From a virus (Duplodnaviria > Caudoviricetes), in IMG/VR virus record IMGVR_UViG_3300021090_000017, positions 2,053 to 66,052 of that record: a stretch of 64,000 nt of DNA; one strand, given 5' to 3'. The notes below the pieces were generated by a model. The model worked only from the letters and a program-made list of their open reading frames with translations, was not told the origin of the DNA and did no database searches. A program made the translations under genes and the position numbers. Positions 48,932 to 58,553 of the stretch are shown piece by piece. How positions within the stretch are numbered: the first letter of the stretch is position 1; each line of letters opens with the position of its first letter.

Positions 48932-49645
48932 TTATTTTTTTTGTAACCAAATACTTCCACCAGCATTATTTAAATATAAAGGCATATCTGCCTCAAACTT
49001 TTCTCTATAAGTTTCACACATATATGTATTAAAAAATATAATTTTAAAAGAATCATCCTTTTCCAAAAGATTTTTTACATAACTAGTTTCATTATATCCT
49101 CTACTTAACCAACTTTCTGGATATATAAATGGATACATTATATCATGAAAATGAATGATTACTCCTTTATTTAAAATAGGTAATATTTTATTAAATATCA
49201 TTTCAACATCACTTCCTGGTGAGTATATATGTGAAGAGTCTATAAATAATATATCATTCTTTTCTAAAGAATTAAAAATACTCAAATTTACAGATTGTAA
49301 ATTATTTGGTATAATAGTACATATTTTTTTATCATTAACTTTTAGTAATGATTCTAATCTTCTTGTATAAGGTTCAATAAAAGTAATTTGTATACTAGAA
49401 TTTAAAAAATATTCATTTGTATCTAATGTAACAGCTGATGAATATCCTGATCCTATTTCAATTATTCTTTTAGGAATAGCATATCTAATCATAGAATATA
49501 AACTTATACTGTCCCCATAACCAAACCAATCATTATCAAAATAATATCTTAATCCTTCTTTCTTTCTTTTTTCGAAAGGTAATTGTTTATAATATCCTTT
49601 AAATATATCAAATAATGAAAGTTGCTCAATATTATTAAAATCCAT
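48932..49645 (-). CDS. Class I SAM methyltransferase (Methyltransf_24-like)
   Basis: IIEIGSGYSS, FIEPY, LFIDSSH, IHFHDI. Confidence 0.8.
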   Translation of the reverse strand: MDFNNIEQLSLFDIFKGYYKQLPFEKRKKEGLRYYFDNDWFGYGDSISLYSMIRYAIPKRIIEIGSGYSSAVTLDTNEYFLNSSIQITFIEPYTRRLESLLKVNDKKICTIIPNNLQSVNLSIFNSLEKNDILFIDSSHIYSPGSDVEMIFNKILPILNKGVIIHFHDIMYPFIYPESWLSRGYNETSYVKNLLEKDDSFKIIFFNTYMCETYREKFEADMPLYLNNAGGSIWLQKK

Positions 49646-49661
49646 TTAATCCCCCAAAAAC

Positions 49662-49844
49662 TTATTTATTTTTAGATTTCCAATTCTTATCTATATAATC
49701 AAAGAACTCTTTCTTTTTATCACCTTTTAACTCTTTAGGACTTTTAACACCAAACTTTACTAATACAGTTTTAAAAAATTCTTTATATGATGATTCTAAT
49801 AAACTATCTGCTGATTCTTTTAATATCTCATTATATTTTTTCAT
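49662..49844 (-). CDS. Small candidate internal head protein
   Basis: MKKYNEILKES leader; YKEFF..KFGVKSP.EL..KKKEFFDYIDKNW motif recalled from T4-like phages. Confidence 0.65.
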   Translation of the reverse strand: MKKYNEILKESADSLLESSYKEFFKTVLVKFGVKSPKELKGDKKKEFFDYIDKNWKSKNK

Positions 49845-49915
49845 ATCATACCCTCCAAACTTAAATTTTTATTTTGTTCTAAATAAAAATTTTATAGTAA
49901 TTTCAATATTTAATC

Positions 49916-50203
49916 TTATTTTTTATTTCCTGAAAATACATCTTTATCTTTTCTAATAAATATAGGATAGTATAAAGAAGGAATTAATATAGTTCCTTTA
50001 GAATCACATGTTAAATTATCAAACTCTTTATAACCTTCTCTATAATTATAACTATCTTTATCTATAATAGGACAATTAGATCTTCTTGTAGTAGAAAATA
50101 TACATAATACAAATTTAGGATGCCCATCTCTTTTCTCATACTTAGTACATTTAACTTTAACAAATGATTCTTCTTCTGTTTCAATATATTCTAACCCATT
50201 CAT
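49916..50203 (-). CDS. Hypothetical protein
   Basis: AAGGAG RBS, class II motif. Confidence 0.5.
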   Translation of the reverse strand: MNGLEYIETEEESFVKVKCTKYEKRDGHPKFVLCIFSTTRRSNCPIIDKDSYNYREGYKEFDNLTCDSKGTILIPSLYYPIFIRKDKDVFSGNKK

Positions 50204-50283
50204 TTGATATCTCTCCTTATATAAAATATGTTCTAATTCAATTTTTTATTATCTATATATATTAATTACTAAGGAGGATTATA

Positions 50284-50529
50284 ATGAAAATATTTATATT
50301 AATAGTATTGTGTATTAGTATTGGAATAGCAATTGGGCATCCAATTGGGAAACACGAAGGGTTTGAATCGGGTGCAGAATGGGCAATGTTTCAAGCATCA
50401 ATAATAGCAAAAGAAGAAGGAATAGATATTCCAGTAACATATTCAGAAAAATGTTTTAAATTAACAATAAAAAGAAAGACTGGGTCTTTTAAGAGATCCC
50501 AAATATTAGCATCATCAAATAAGATGTAA
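50284..50529 (+). CDS. Hypothetical signal-anchored protein
   Basis: Class I motif, RBS, N-terminal hydrophobic helix. Confidence 0.55.
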   Translation: MKIFILIVLCISIGIAIGHPIGKHEGFESGAEWAMFQASIIAKEEGIDIPVTYSEKCFKLTIKRKTGSFKRSQILASSNKM

Positions 50530-50551
50530 AGGGCTAAGTTAGCCCTTTTTT
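50529..50551 (+). repeat. Repeated terminator-like hairpin AAGGGY-N6-8-RCCCTTTT, representative copy
   Basis: Related copies near 40289, 50529, 51588, 54813, 56101, 57327, 58544. Confidence 0.75.
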
Positions 50552-50600
50552 AAATAACAATTCAAATGATAAAAAATCTTTAGTTAAAAGGGGGAATACA

Positions 50601-50801
50601 ATGGAAGTACTACATAATGAGAAGGCTGACTTACAAGCAAAAATAGAAAAGATGTTCGCATTTTCAAAGACAAGCGAAAAAGCAAAGATCTATGTGGATG
50701 ATATAAAAAGTAAGAAGGAGTTCATTGTAAGCTTCAGATGGGAAGGAACACAAGAAGAATTCAATGAAGCAATCATTGCAGCAAGAGAAGGAAAGATTTA
50801 A
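50601..50801 (+). CDS. Hypothetical protein
   Basis: ORF with RBS. Confidence 0.5.
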   Translation: MEVLHNEKADLQAKIEKMFAFSKTSEKAKIYVDDIKSKKEFIVSFRWEGTQEEFNEAIIAAREGKI

Positions 50802-50841
50802 TAAGATAATAAAATATTCCAAAAAAGGAGGATAAAAAATA

Positions 50842-51417
50842 GTGGATAAAACAATACTAGTAGCAGATGCTTGTCATGAAGTAAAACTTTCTGATGATCT
50901 TTATGATGTGGAAAAGTTTTTAGAAGCATCAGAAACAGTAGTAAAAAATAGAATTAAAAATGGAGTGGATGATAAATCTCTAGTTATTTTAAAAAGAGCT
51001 GAAGCTGATCTTATGTTTCTCAGAGAAAACATAATAGAAGTTATTTATAACATAAATATTAATAAACCTCAGCCTCCAGAAAATATCTTCCCTGAGTGTA
51101 AAGAAAAACCTGTGGCAACTTGTAAAGATAAAATAATAAAAATAGATCCAACATCTTCAACTCCAAAAATTTCTCCGACTAAAAATCCTGCCCAACATGG
51201 TGTATTCAACATAAACATGAAAGGTATGGGTTATGCAATATATCATGCAGTATGGGGGACTTGTGGTCCTGACGGAAAGGATGAATTGAATTATGTCAGA
51301 TTGATTGATTGTTCAACTGACCATCTCAAAAATATCCTTAAATATTCATCAGCATCAATAACACCAGACTATCATACCATTATATATGAAATACTAAACT
51401 CAAGAAAGGTAAGGTAA
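50842..51417 (+). CDS. Hypothetical phage protein
   Basis: C-terminal WGTCGPDGK..L..STDHLKNIL motif recalled from phage proteins. Confidence 0.6.
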   Translation: MDKTILVADACHEVKLSDDLYDVEKFLEASETVVKNRIKNGVDDKSLVILKRAEADLMFLRENIIEVIYNININKPQPPENIFPECKEKPVATCKDKIIKIDPTSSTPKISPTKNPAQHGVFNINMKGMGYAIYHAVWGTCGPDGKDELNYVRLIDCSTDHLKNILKYSSASITPDYHTIIYEILNSRKVR

Positions 51418-51642
51418 TATGCTTAAACGATTTCCAATAAATGTTGCGGTCGGTAATACCAAAGATAGAGATGGAAATAAAATACCATTACTCTATGCCA
51501 TCTGCAATGATGGTACAATATGGTTATCAAATGATAATGGTCCTTGGGAAAAGTTTCCTGATATTCCTCAACCTGAGGTTAAAGGATAGGGCGAAGTTAG
51601 CCCTTTTTTTAATTAAGTCTAAAAATTTTTAAGGAGGACACA

Positions 51643-51885
51643 ATGAAAAAAGGAAAAATGTTTTTATTAATATTAATAATCATATTACTTATATCATGTG
51701 TAAGTAAATCTGAGGTACAGGAATTAGACATTTGTATAACTGCATTAACCACAGATGGAAATATCAATATAACTTTCAAACAAAATAATGTATCTCGTTT
51801 CATACATGGCGGAACAATATCATTTTATGTTAAAGGAAAGAGATATGTAACACCAATCTACAGTGAAGTAACATGCACTAATTAA
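51643..51885 (+). CDS. Putative lipoprotein
   Basis: LISC lipobox. Confidence 0.55.
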   Translation: MKKGKMFLLILIIILLISCVSKSEVQELDICITALTTDGNINITFKQNNVSRFIHGGTISFYVKGKRYVTPIYSEVTCTN

Positions 51886-51916
51886 TAATCAAAAATTTTT
51901 AAGGAAAGGGGTAAAC

Positions 51917-52207
51917 GTGAAAAATAATGAAGTATCGGTATCTGCGGAAATATATGTTCAAGAAGTATTTCCTCTAATGCCTAAGAAGGACAGAGTAAGA
52001 GTAATAAAACGAATAGTAAAACAAGTTGAATCAAATCCGAAAGCATTAAATTTTGAATCATTAAAAAATATTGTGTATGCTCATATTAGACATTCTAAAA
52101 CAAAATATGATCACAGTGTTGATAATGGAATGAGAAAGAAAAATGCCAGAAGAATTTTCTCTACAGAAATGCATGAAGTATTCAAAAAATGGAGAGGTCG
52201 CAGTTAG
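51917..52207 (+). CDS. DUF2293-like protein
   Basis: VYAHIRHSKTKYD..ARR..VFKKWR. Confidence 0.6.
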   Translation: MKNNEVSVSAEIYVQEVFPLMPKKDRVRVIKRIVKQVESNPKALNFESLKNIVYAHIRHSKTKYDHSVDNGMRKKNARRIFSTEMHEVFKKWRGRS

Positions 52208-52457
52208 AACTTTTTAATAAACTAAAAATTTTTAAGGAGGATATAAATATGTTATCACCAGGTCAAAGGGTAACAAATTTTGTTAAAGATTTATCCGAAC
52301 TTCCATATGATAAAAAATGGAAAATTGTAAAAGATGTAATAAGCCTTGGAGTTGGTATACCTTCATGGATATGGTTTTGGTATGCAACTAATTGGCAAGC
52401 TGCAATAGCATTATTCCTAGTTCTGTTTGCCAACAATGCATCACAGGATAATAGTTA

Positions 52458-52682
52458 ATGGCTAAAATATCTATCACCCCAGAAGTACCTGATAATAATT
52501 GTTTGAGCCCATCTGGGCCCAATCCATATATATGTCCATTCTGTGATAGCACTAGAAGTAGTATTGAATATATCTTTTGTAGCGCTTTTAATAAAAGAAT
52601 ACCAAGATATAAAATTGGTAATATATGGCATGCCGATCCTTGTTTAGAATGTATAAATTCGAGGATAAAAATAAATGGATGA
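52458..52682 (+). CDS. Cys-rich hypothetical protein
   Basis: CPFC, CSAF, CLEC. Confidence 0.5.
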   Translation: MAKISITPEVPDNNCLSPSGPNPYICPFCDSTRSSIEYIFCSAFNKRIPRYKIGNIWHADPCLECINSRIKING

Positions 52683-53064
52683 CTTTGGGGTAATGACTAG
52701 ATTACCAGATGGTTCTTGTACATGTATTAAATGCAAAGAATCTGAAAACATAATAATTATAAAATATAAAGATAGAAGTAAAATACTTTGTTTAAATTGT
52801 ATTTTAAATTTAACTAGTATATTATTTCCATCCAAAGATTATTATCATGAATTTGCAATTAAATGGTCACTTGGAGATAAGGGACAATTAAAATGTCCTT
52901 CATGCTCTTCTTCAATATTAGATGATGATGAAAAATGTGAGTATAAAGTTATAGCAGATGATGGGCATGAAGATGTAACCCCAACTGTTTTTAAGCACTG
53001 CTATATTTGTGGTTTCTCTTTCTATCACTATAGGAAACAGGAGGATGAAGATAATGTTACATAA
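52675..53064 (+). CDS. Zinc-ribbon protein
   Basis: CIKC, CLNC, CPSC, CYICG. Confidence 0.55.
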   Translation: MDDFGVMTRLPDGSCTCIKCKESENIIIIKYKDRSKILCLNCILNLTSILFPSKDYYHEFAIKWSLGDKGQLKCPSCSSSILDDDEKCEYKVIADDGHEDVTPTVFKHCYICGFSFYHYRKQEDEDNVT

Positions 53065-53281
53065 TGATAGTAATATGAATAGAAAGATATATGATAGAGA
53101 AGAGAAATGGAGAGATGAGAATGGTATAATTAAGGTATCATGTAAACAATTCATTGGATGTAAAAAGATAACTGGGTCTATTGAGTGTGGTATGAAGTTA
53201 AAATGTGTTGATACAATAACATGGTCTCAATTCCCTTTACATAGTGAATTTTATAAGGAGTATAGGAATGGTGATGACTGA
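53009..53281 (+). CDS. Small four-Cys + Trp family protein (family II)
   Basis: DENGIIKVSC..C..C..C..ITW; start probably downstream at MLHND. Confidence 0.55.
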   Translation: MVSLSITIGNRRMKIMLHNDSNMNRKIYDREEKWRDENGIIKVSCKQFIGCKKITGSIECGMKLKCVDTITWSQFPLHSEFYKEYRNGDD

Positions 53282-53389
53282 GTATTTTAATAGATGGGTA
53301 TGTTTAAGTTGTGGAGAATTATTTCCATATAATATTGATGGATGCCCAAACTGTGGTTCTCAACATATTGAGGACAGAGAGAATAATAT

Positions 53390-53626
53390 ATGAGAATCAA
53401 AAAGAATAACTTCTTTATAGATATAACTTGTCCTAAATGTAGAAGTATACTTGAAGTTGTTAAGAGTGATATTCAATATACTGATGTGTTTGGGCATGGT
53501 GATAGGTTTGAGGTAGTTTGTGGTGCTTGTGATCATAAATTTTTAATATGTGATTTATTACCAAAAGAAATTAAGCAAAAAATAAGATTAGAAAATTATG
53601 ATAATAGAGATGAGCCGTATGGATGA
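53390..53626 (+). CDS. Zinc-ribbon protein
   Basis: CPKC..CGAC. Confidence 0.55.
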   Translation: MRIKKNNFFIDITCPKCRSILEVVKSDIQYTDVFGHGDRFEVVCGACDHKFLICDLLPKEIKQKIRLENYDNRDEPYG

Positions 53627-53831
53627 AAATGGTCAAATAAAGGTAAGATGCAAGCACTTTAAAGAAGGTGGGTATAAATGTGAAAAAGAAACTTGCGTAT
53701 TTGACTTACCTAAATCTGGTGTTTATATAAGTACATATTATGGTTGTCGTCAACTTACTATTGATTGGACTTCATATATAAAATATATTAATGAAGTAAT
53801 AGTTTTAAAGGAGGATTGGATGTATGACTGA
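53598..53831 (+). CDS. Small four-Cys + Trp family protein (family II)
   Basis: MDENGQIKVRCKHF..C..C..C..IDWTSYI. Confidence 0.6.
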   Translation: MIIEMSRMDENGQIKVRCKHFKEGGYKCEKETCVFDLPKSGVYISTYYGCRQLTIDWTSYIKYINEVIVLKEDWMYD

Positions 53832-54066
53832 GGATAAACCCAGACCAGGTAAAGTAATAAAAAAATTTCCATTAAAGATCTATCGAATTCAAAGGAATCA
53901 TAGATTTGGTAAATACAATGGGATTGTAGTTGTAGCAAAAAATCCAACTGAAGCAAAGAAGATGTTTCCCATGACAAAATATACTAAGTCAGGATTGATT
54001 TGCGAGTTCATGGGATATCCAAAGAAGGGAAGAAGAGAAGGAATAGTTTTACTATCTAAAAATTAA
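53824..54066 (+). CDS. Hypothetical protein
   Basis: VVVAKNPTEAKK motif. Confidence 0.5.
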   Translation: MTEDKPRPGKVIKKFPLKIYRIQRNHRFGKYNGIVVVAKNPTEAKKMFPMTKYTKSGLICEFMGYPKKGRREGIVLLSKN

Positions 54067-54081
54067 AAGGAGGATTCAAAA

Positions 54082-54306
54082 ATGAACAACAAAGGATTTA
54101 CTCTCATCGAACTTGTATTTACTATGATCTGGATAATGGTAGTAGGTATAAGTATATATGGATTGGTTCTATGCTTCAAAGCAAGTATCATCCTTGGTAT
54201 CATTGCATTGGTTATTGAACCCACGCCACTTATAGTTGGGTTATGTGCAATATTTGGTAAAGATATTGCCAATGCTATTCAAAACTGGATTCACTTTCCA
54301 GTATGA
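54082..54306 (+). CDS. Prepilin-type N-terminal membrane protein
   Basis: MNNKG|FTLIELV + hydrophobic helices; AAGGAGG RBS. Confidence 0.7.
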   Translation: MNNKGFTLIELVFTMIWIMVVGISIYGLVLCFKASIILGIIALVIEPTPLIVGLCAIFGKDIANAIQNWIHFPV

Positions 54307-55309
54307 AAAAGAAAAAGTTATATTGTCAAAATTGCGGAAGTAGTGTTAAATATAAAAGAACCTTCTTTGGAGCATTTGGTAGAAAATGTAAAAAATGTAA
54401 ATCTAAAGCTGCAAGATTTACAAAACCAAACATTCCATGGAATAGGGAGAATAATAATGGGAAATAAAAGAGAACCCAAAAGAACCACTAAGATTCAAGA
54501 GTGGGAGAAATTACAAAAACAATCTATTTGTCATCTTTGTAAAAGACCTCAAGAAAGATATTCAAATGGACGCAAGAAACCTTGCATGTGTTTAAAAGGA
54601 TATTAAGTGAAAACTAAAAAAATGTATTATGATATATTCAGTGGTCCTGAGATAATGTTCGAAGCAAGAAATATTAAAAAAGCCAGACAGATAGTAAGAG
54701 GCTTAGCAAACTCAGGAAACTATGTAATATGTGACAGGATAATAATAACTAATAGTACTTGTCATTCAAGAAGAATGTTCAGAAATGATCCTGATTTTCC
54801 ATTAAATGATTTAAGGGCGTAACTAGCCCTTTTTTTTACTAAATAACTAAAAAAATTTTTACTATATATATTAATTACTAATATGAAGTACAATATTTTT
54901 AATCTATAAATGAAAGGAGGTGAATTAAATAACGTATACTCTGAAAATCGGAGACATAGTCAAATGCATAAAAGCCTATGAAGGAAATACTGAAATCGTA
55001 GGTTGTTATGGCAGGATAATAATGATTAATAATGGAGGTTCTCCATGTGTCTGATGGAAAAGAAAAGGTGTAGGAAACTATTATGATTGGTATGTAGTCA
55101 ATAATACAGAGTACATGGAGTTTGTATGTACTAAAAAAGATATGCAAATCTTCATAAATAATAATGACTATAATGTTGATGATTATGATGAAATGGAATA
55201 TTATGATGAATATGCAGAAAAGTTTTACAATAAAAGAAAAGCAGACATATCAGCAAACCAGTATTCAACAACCCTATCCCAAGATGGAAAAGAAAAGGAG
55301 AAACAAGGC

Positions 55310-55552
55310 ATGAAGACTCTTAACGTGTACGACATTGTTTTGGTTTATGCAGGTGACAAGAAACCGATCGTGAAAAGGGAAATCGGCGTCGGTATGTCAG
55401 AAGAGCAGGGAAAGATCAATTCCGGCATCTACAAGCACATCCAGGAAGGATGGAACGAAGCCTACATCACGGTCAAGGCAACCGCAATCGCGCAGGTCAG
55501 CGCCCCCGACGATCCCATGCAGGTCATCCAGGCGCCGGCGGCCAAGTCCTAA
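55310..55552 (+). CDS. Hypothetical protein with GC-rich codons
   Basis: AAGGAG RBS at 55295; codon usage shifts at ATG 55310 (frame open back to 55115). Confidence 0.6.
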   Translation: MKTLNVYDIVLVYAGDKKPIVKREIGVGMSEEQGKINSGIYKHIQEGWNEAYITVKATAIAQVSAPDDPMQVIQAPAAKS

Positions 55553-55641
55553 CATCATTAACACAATAAAAATAATAAGGACGCTAGTATAGGTCCTTTT
55601 TTTATTCTCAAACTAAAAAATTTTTTTAAAAGGAGATAATA

Positions 55642-55920
55642 ATGGCTAGTGATAAATTTGCAGGAATAGTAGTATGCTTCACAGGATTTAGAGATATGGA
55701 AGCAGAAAAATATATAAAGGAAAATGGTGGATGTTCAACCACTATAGTTAATTGGTATACTAATTATCTAGTATGCAAAAATAAAGATCGAATGACAACT
55801 AAAATGATAGAAGCTAAAAGAAGAGGTATAAAGATATTAAATGTAGATGAATTCAATGAAACCTTTGGTTGGTCTTTAGCTAAAGACTTAATAGTACCTA
55901 GAAGAAAAAAGGAATCATGA
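55642..55920 (+). CDS. Stand-alone BRCT-domain protein
   Basis: VVCFTGFRD..IKENGG..TNYLVC..K..EAKRRGIKILNVDEF. Confidence 0.8.
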   Translation: MASDKFAGIVVCFTGFRDMEAEKYIKENGGCSTTIVNWYTNYLVCKNKDRMTTKMIEAKRRGIKILNVDEFNETFGWSLAKDLIVPRRKKES

Positions 55921-56102
55921 TAAAAGTAAAATGTAAATATCGTGAAGACCCTAAACGTAAATGTCTAAATAATAAATGCATATTTTCTTTTAAAGAAGGA
56001 ATTTATTTTGAAGACTATTATAATTGTACATTCTTTGAGTTAGATTGGGTTCAATACATTATTCATTCAAAAGATATAATAGTTATAGAAGGAAATAATT
56101 AA
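55917..56102 (+). CDS. Small four-Cys + Trp family protein (family II)
   Basis: IKVKCKY..C..C..C..LDWVQYI. Confidence 0.6.
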   Translation: MIKVKCKYREDPKRKCLNNKCIFSFKEGIYFEDYYNCTFFELDWVQYIIHSKDIIVIEGNN

Positions 56103-56667
56103 GGGTGTATCTAACCCTTTTTTATTGCTTCCAAACTAAAAAAATTATTTATACTATATATATTAATTACTAAGGAGGAACACAATTATGTTAACAATAA
56201 AATGGATGGTGGCATATACTACATCAGTACCAGGATCATATAATATAGTTACTGCAGATGAAAGGTTTATTATTGTTGTGCCTAGTATATCAATGGATCT
56301 AGCTAGACATATAACCGACTTACATAATGAATCTATAAAGGAGATCTAATCATGTATGAAATAATTGGATACAATATGTTATGTGAAGATTTCATTATCA
56401 AGTTCGATTCATTTGTACAAGCGGTAAAAACATATAAAGAAATGATAAATTTCAATATATGTTACATACATAGAACAGGCGATGTTAAAAGCTGTATGTT
56501 CGTAAATTACTAAAAGGAGATAATTATGTTAACAATAATCTATTTAATTGGATTGGTAATAGTATCAATAAGTGTTGGTACTGTGGCAAGGGCAACCGAC
56601 GGGTTTATGGTTCTCGGTTTAGGTTTCATTGTCTATAGCATGGCAGTAGGACTTTTAAATTATCTTA

Positions 56668-57003
56668 ATGACAAGAAAGGATAACATGGAAAAAAGAAAA
56701 ATGGAGTTGATAGATTTTGTTAGAGGTAAATGTGAGTTGGGTGTTTCACTTCCTTTCATCTATGCAGAAAGTAATGGAGACCCATGTAGTGGCTGTGCTA
56801 TAACAGAATGTGGTCTGAGAAAGAGAATGGCATCATCAGACGATATAAGAAAAGTTCCTTCAAACACATGTCCGAAATGTAAAAGTCTCATAAACAAAAA
56901 CAAAGCCATAATGCAATACAAAAAGACCCATAAAGTAGTAGTAGATAATATGGGCACCTGCAGGGCATGCGGAACAGATATATCTTTAAAAGAATTAAGT
57001 TAA
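56668..57003 (+). CDS. Cys-rich hypothetical protein
   Basis: CSGC, CPKC, CRAC. Confidence 0.55.
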   Translation: MTRKDNMEKRKMELIDFVRGKCELGVSLPFIYAESNGDPCSGCAITECGLRKRMASSDDIRKVPSNTCPKCKSLINKNKAIMQYKKTHKVVVDNMGTCRACGTDISLKELS

Positions 57004-57048
57004 GACCTTTTAACTAAAACCAAAAAATTTTAAAGGAGGGTAAAAGTT

Positions 57049-57300
57049 ATGGAAAAGTATAAGTATGCAATGCTAGTGTATTTTAGCGAGGAAGATCATG
57101 TATGGGTGGTCGAATACCCAGAACTTCCAGGATGTGCTGCTCATGGAAACACCCCAGTAGAAGCTATAACAATGGGTGAAGACATCAAAGGTTCATGGCT
57201 TGAAGCAGCATCAACCAATGATTTCCATGAGCCAAAAAGAATGTTAACAACATATGACACAGTATCCAAATTCGTTGAGAACGGTTTAAAAAGTTTATAA
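57049..57300 (+). CDS. HicB-like antitoxin domain protein (orphan)
   Basis: YFSEED..VEYPELPGCAAHGNTPVEA..WLE..EP. Confidence 0.8.
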   Translation: MEKYKYAMLVYFSEEDHVWVVEYPELPGCAAHGNTPVEAITMGEDIKGSWLEAASTNDFHEPKRMLTTYDTVSKFVENGLKSL

Positions 57301-57553
57301 AAAGAAGTATGCTGTTCACAATTCTAAAGGGTGCAACTTGCCCTTTTTTAAATAAAACCAAAAAATTTTTCAAGGAGGATACCATGAAGATCTTAATGTT
57401 AACAATAATAAGCATTGCGGCATTTTATGTTTCTACAATATATGCCAATCGTAAAAACTACTTTATTGCTGTAATTGCATTAGTAACATCAATCATGACA
57501 ACAACATATTCAATAGTTATAATTGCTAATGATATAATGAGAAGACAATAGTC

Positions 57554-57943
57554 ATGAATTTTTATAAAGTATTATTAATTAGTGAAGATAAAAGTCTTAT
57601 CTCAAGCACTGTTTCTGGGAAAGCATTGATTCATTATAAAAAAGGGGAAGAATCTAAACCTCAAGAATGGCTTTGGAAATATGGTTATGGTATATGCATT
57701 TTTAAGAATTATGAAGATGCTAAATGGTTTATAAATAGTCATGCTTGTAGACCTAATTGTAATTATCAGATTTGGATAGTTAAACCAGGATCTATAATAA
57801 TACATAAAGATACATTACCAGATCAGTTAAGCATGGAAAATCTTTCAAAAGGAGAAATAGGAAAAGTTAGATTTAGCTCATGGTGGCCTGCTGGGACAAT
57901 AATGACAAATTCAATTACATTAATTAGAAAGGTGAGAAATTAA
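57554..57943 (+). CDS. Hypothetical protein
   Basis: 129-aa ORF, WPAGT motif. Confidence 0.55.
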   Translation: MNFYKVLLISEDKSLISSTVSGKALIHYKKGEESKPQEWLWKYGYGICIFKNYEDAKWFINSHACRPNCNYQIWIVKPGSIIIHKDTLPDQLSMENLSKGEIGKVRFSSWWPAGTIMTNSITLIRKVRN

Positions 57944-57956
57944 TAGGAGATAAATA

Positions 57957-58325
57957 ATGAAAAGGATAAAAAGATTACCAAAAGGATTTCCTATCACATA
58001 CATAACCAATTCTGATAAAGAATCTATAATTAGAAGTTGGGCAGATTTTAATAAATTGACATATGCATATTCAGGAACTAAAGAAGAATTCACTGCATAT
58101 ATAAGTGGATTTGTTGTAGGAGATACAAAAAAGAAAGGTATCTCAGTTGTTGCTGAAGATAATACTGATTTATGTTTATGTAAAAGAGATCCAGAAAAAT
58201 ATACTGAAGAAGAAATAAATGACTTCAGAGAATTATTAAGAAGGGGGTGTTATACATTCGGAGAGATTCATAATAATAGCGATAATATGAATCAGGCTAT
58301 TCCTCCAGAATGTCAATATAAATAA
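57957..58325 (+). CDS. Hypothetical protein
   Basis: AGGAG RBS. Confidence 0.55.
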   Translation: MKRIKRLPKGFPITYITNSDKESIIRSWADFNKLTYAYSGTKEEFTAYISGFVVGDTKKKGISVVAEDNTDLCLCKRDPEKYTEEEINDFRELLRRGCYTFGEIHNNSDNMNQAIPPECQYK

Positions 58326-58553
58326 ATGGAAATCTTAATAACTAAAATTGAAGTTCCTAAAGGATATAAAATAGTATTAGAAGAAAACAATATATTAATA
58401 TACAAAAATGAAATGAACGATAGGGATGATGTAAGGGAGATAGTAAATCAGTTTGATAGTGCATCTTTAGCTTTAATAAAACATCATTGGAGACTAAAAT
58501 GAAATGTTATTAAAATGTTTCATGGAAGAATATCATAATTGATAAGGGTGTAG

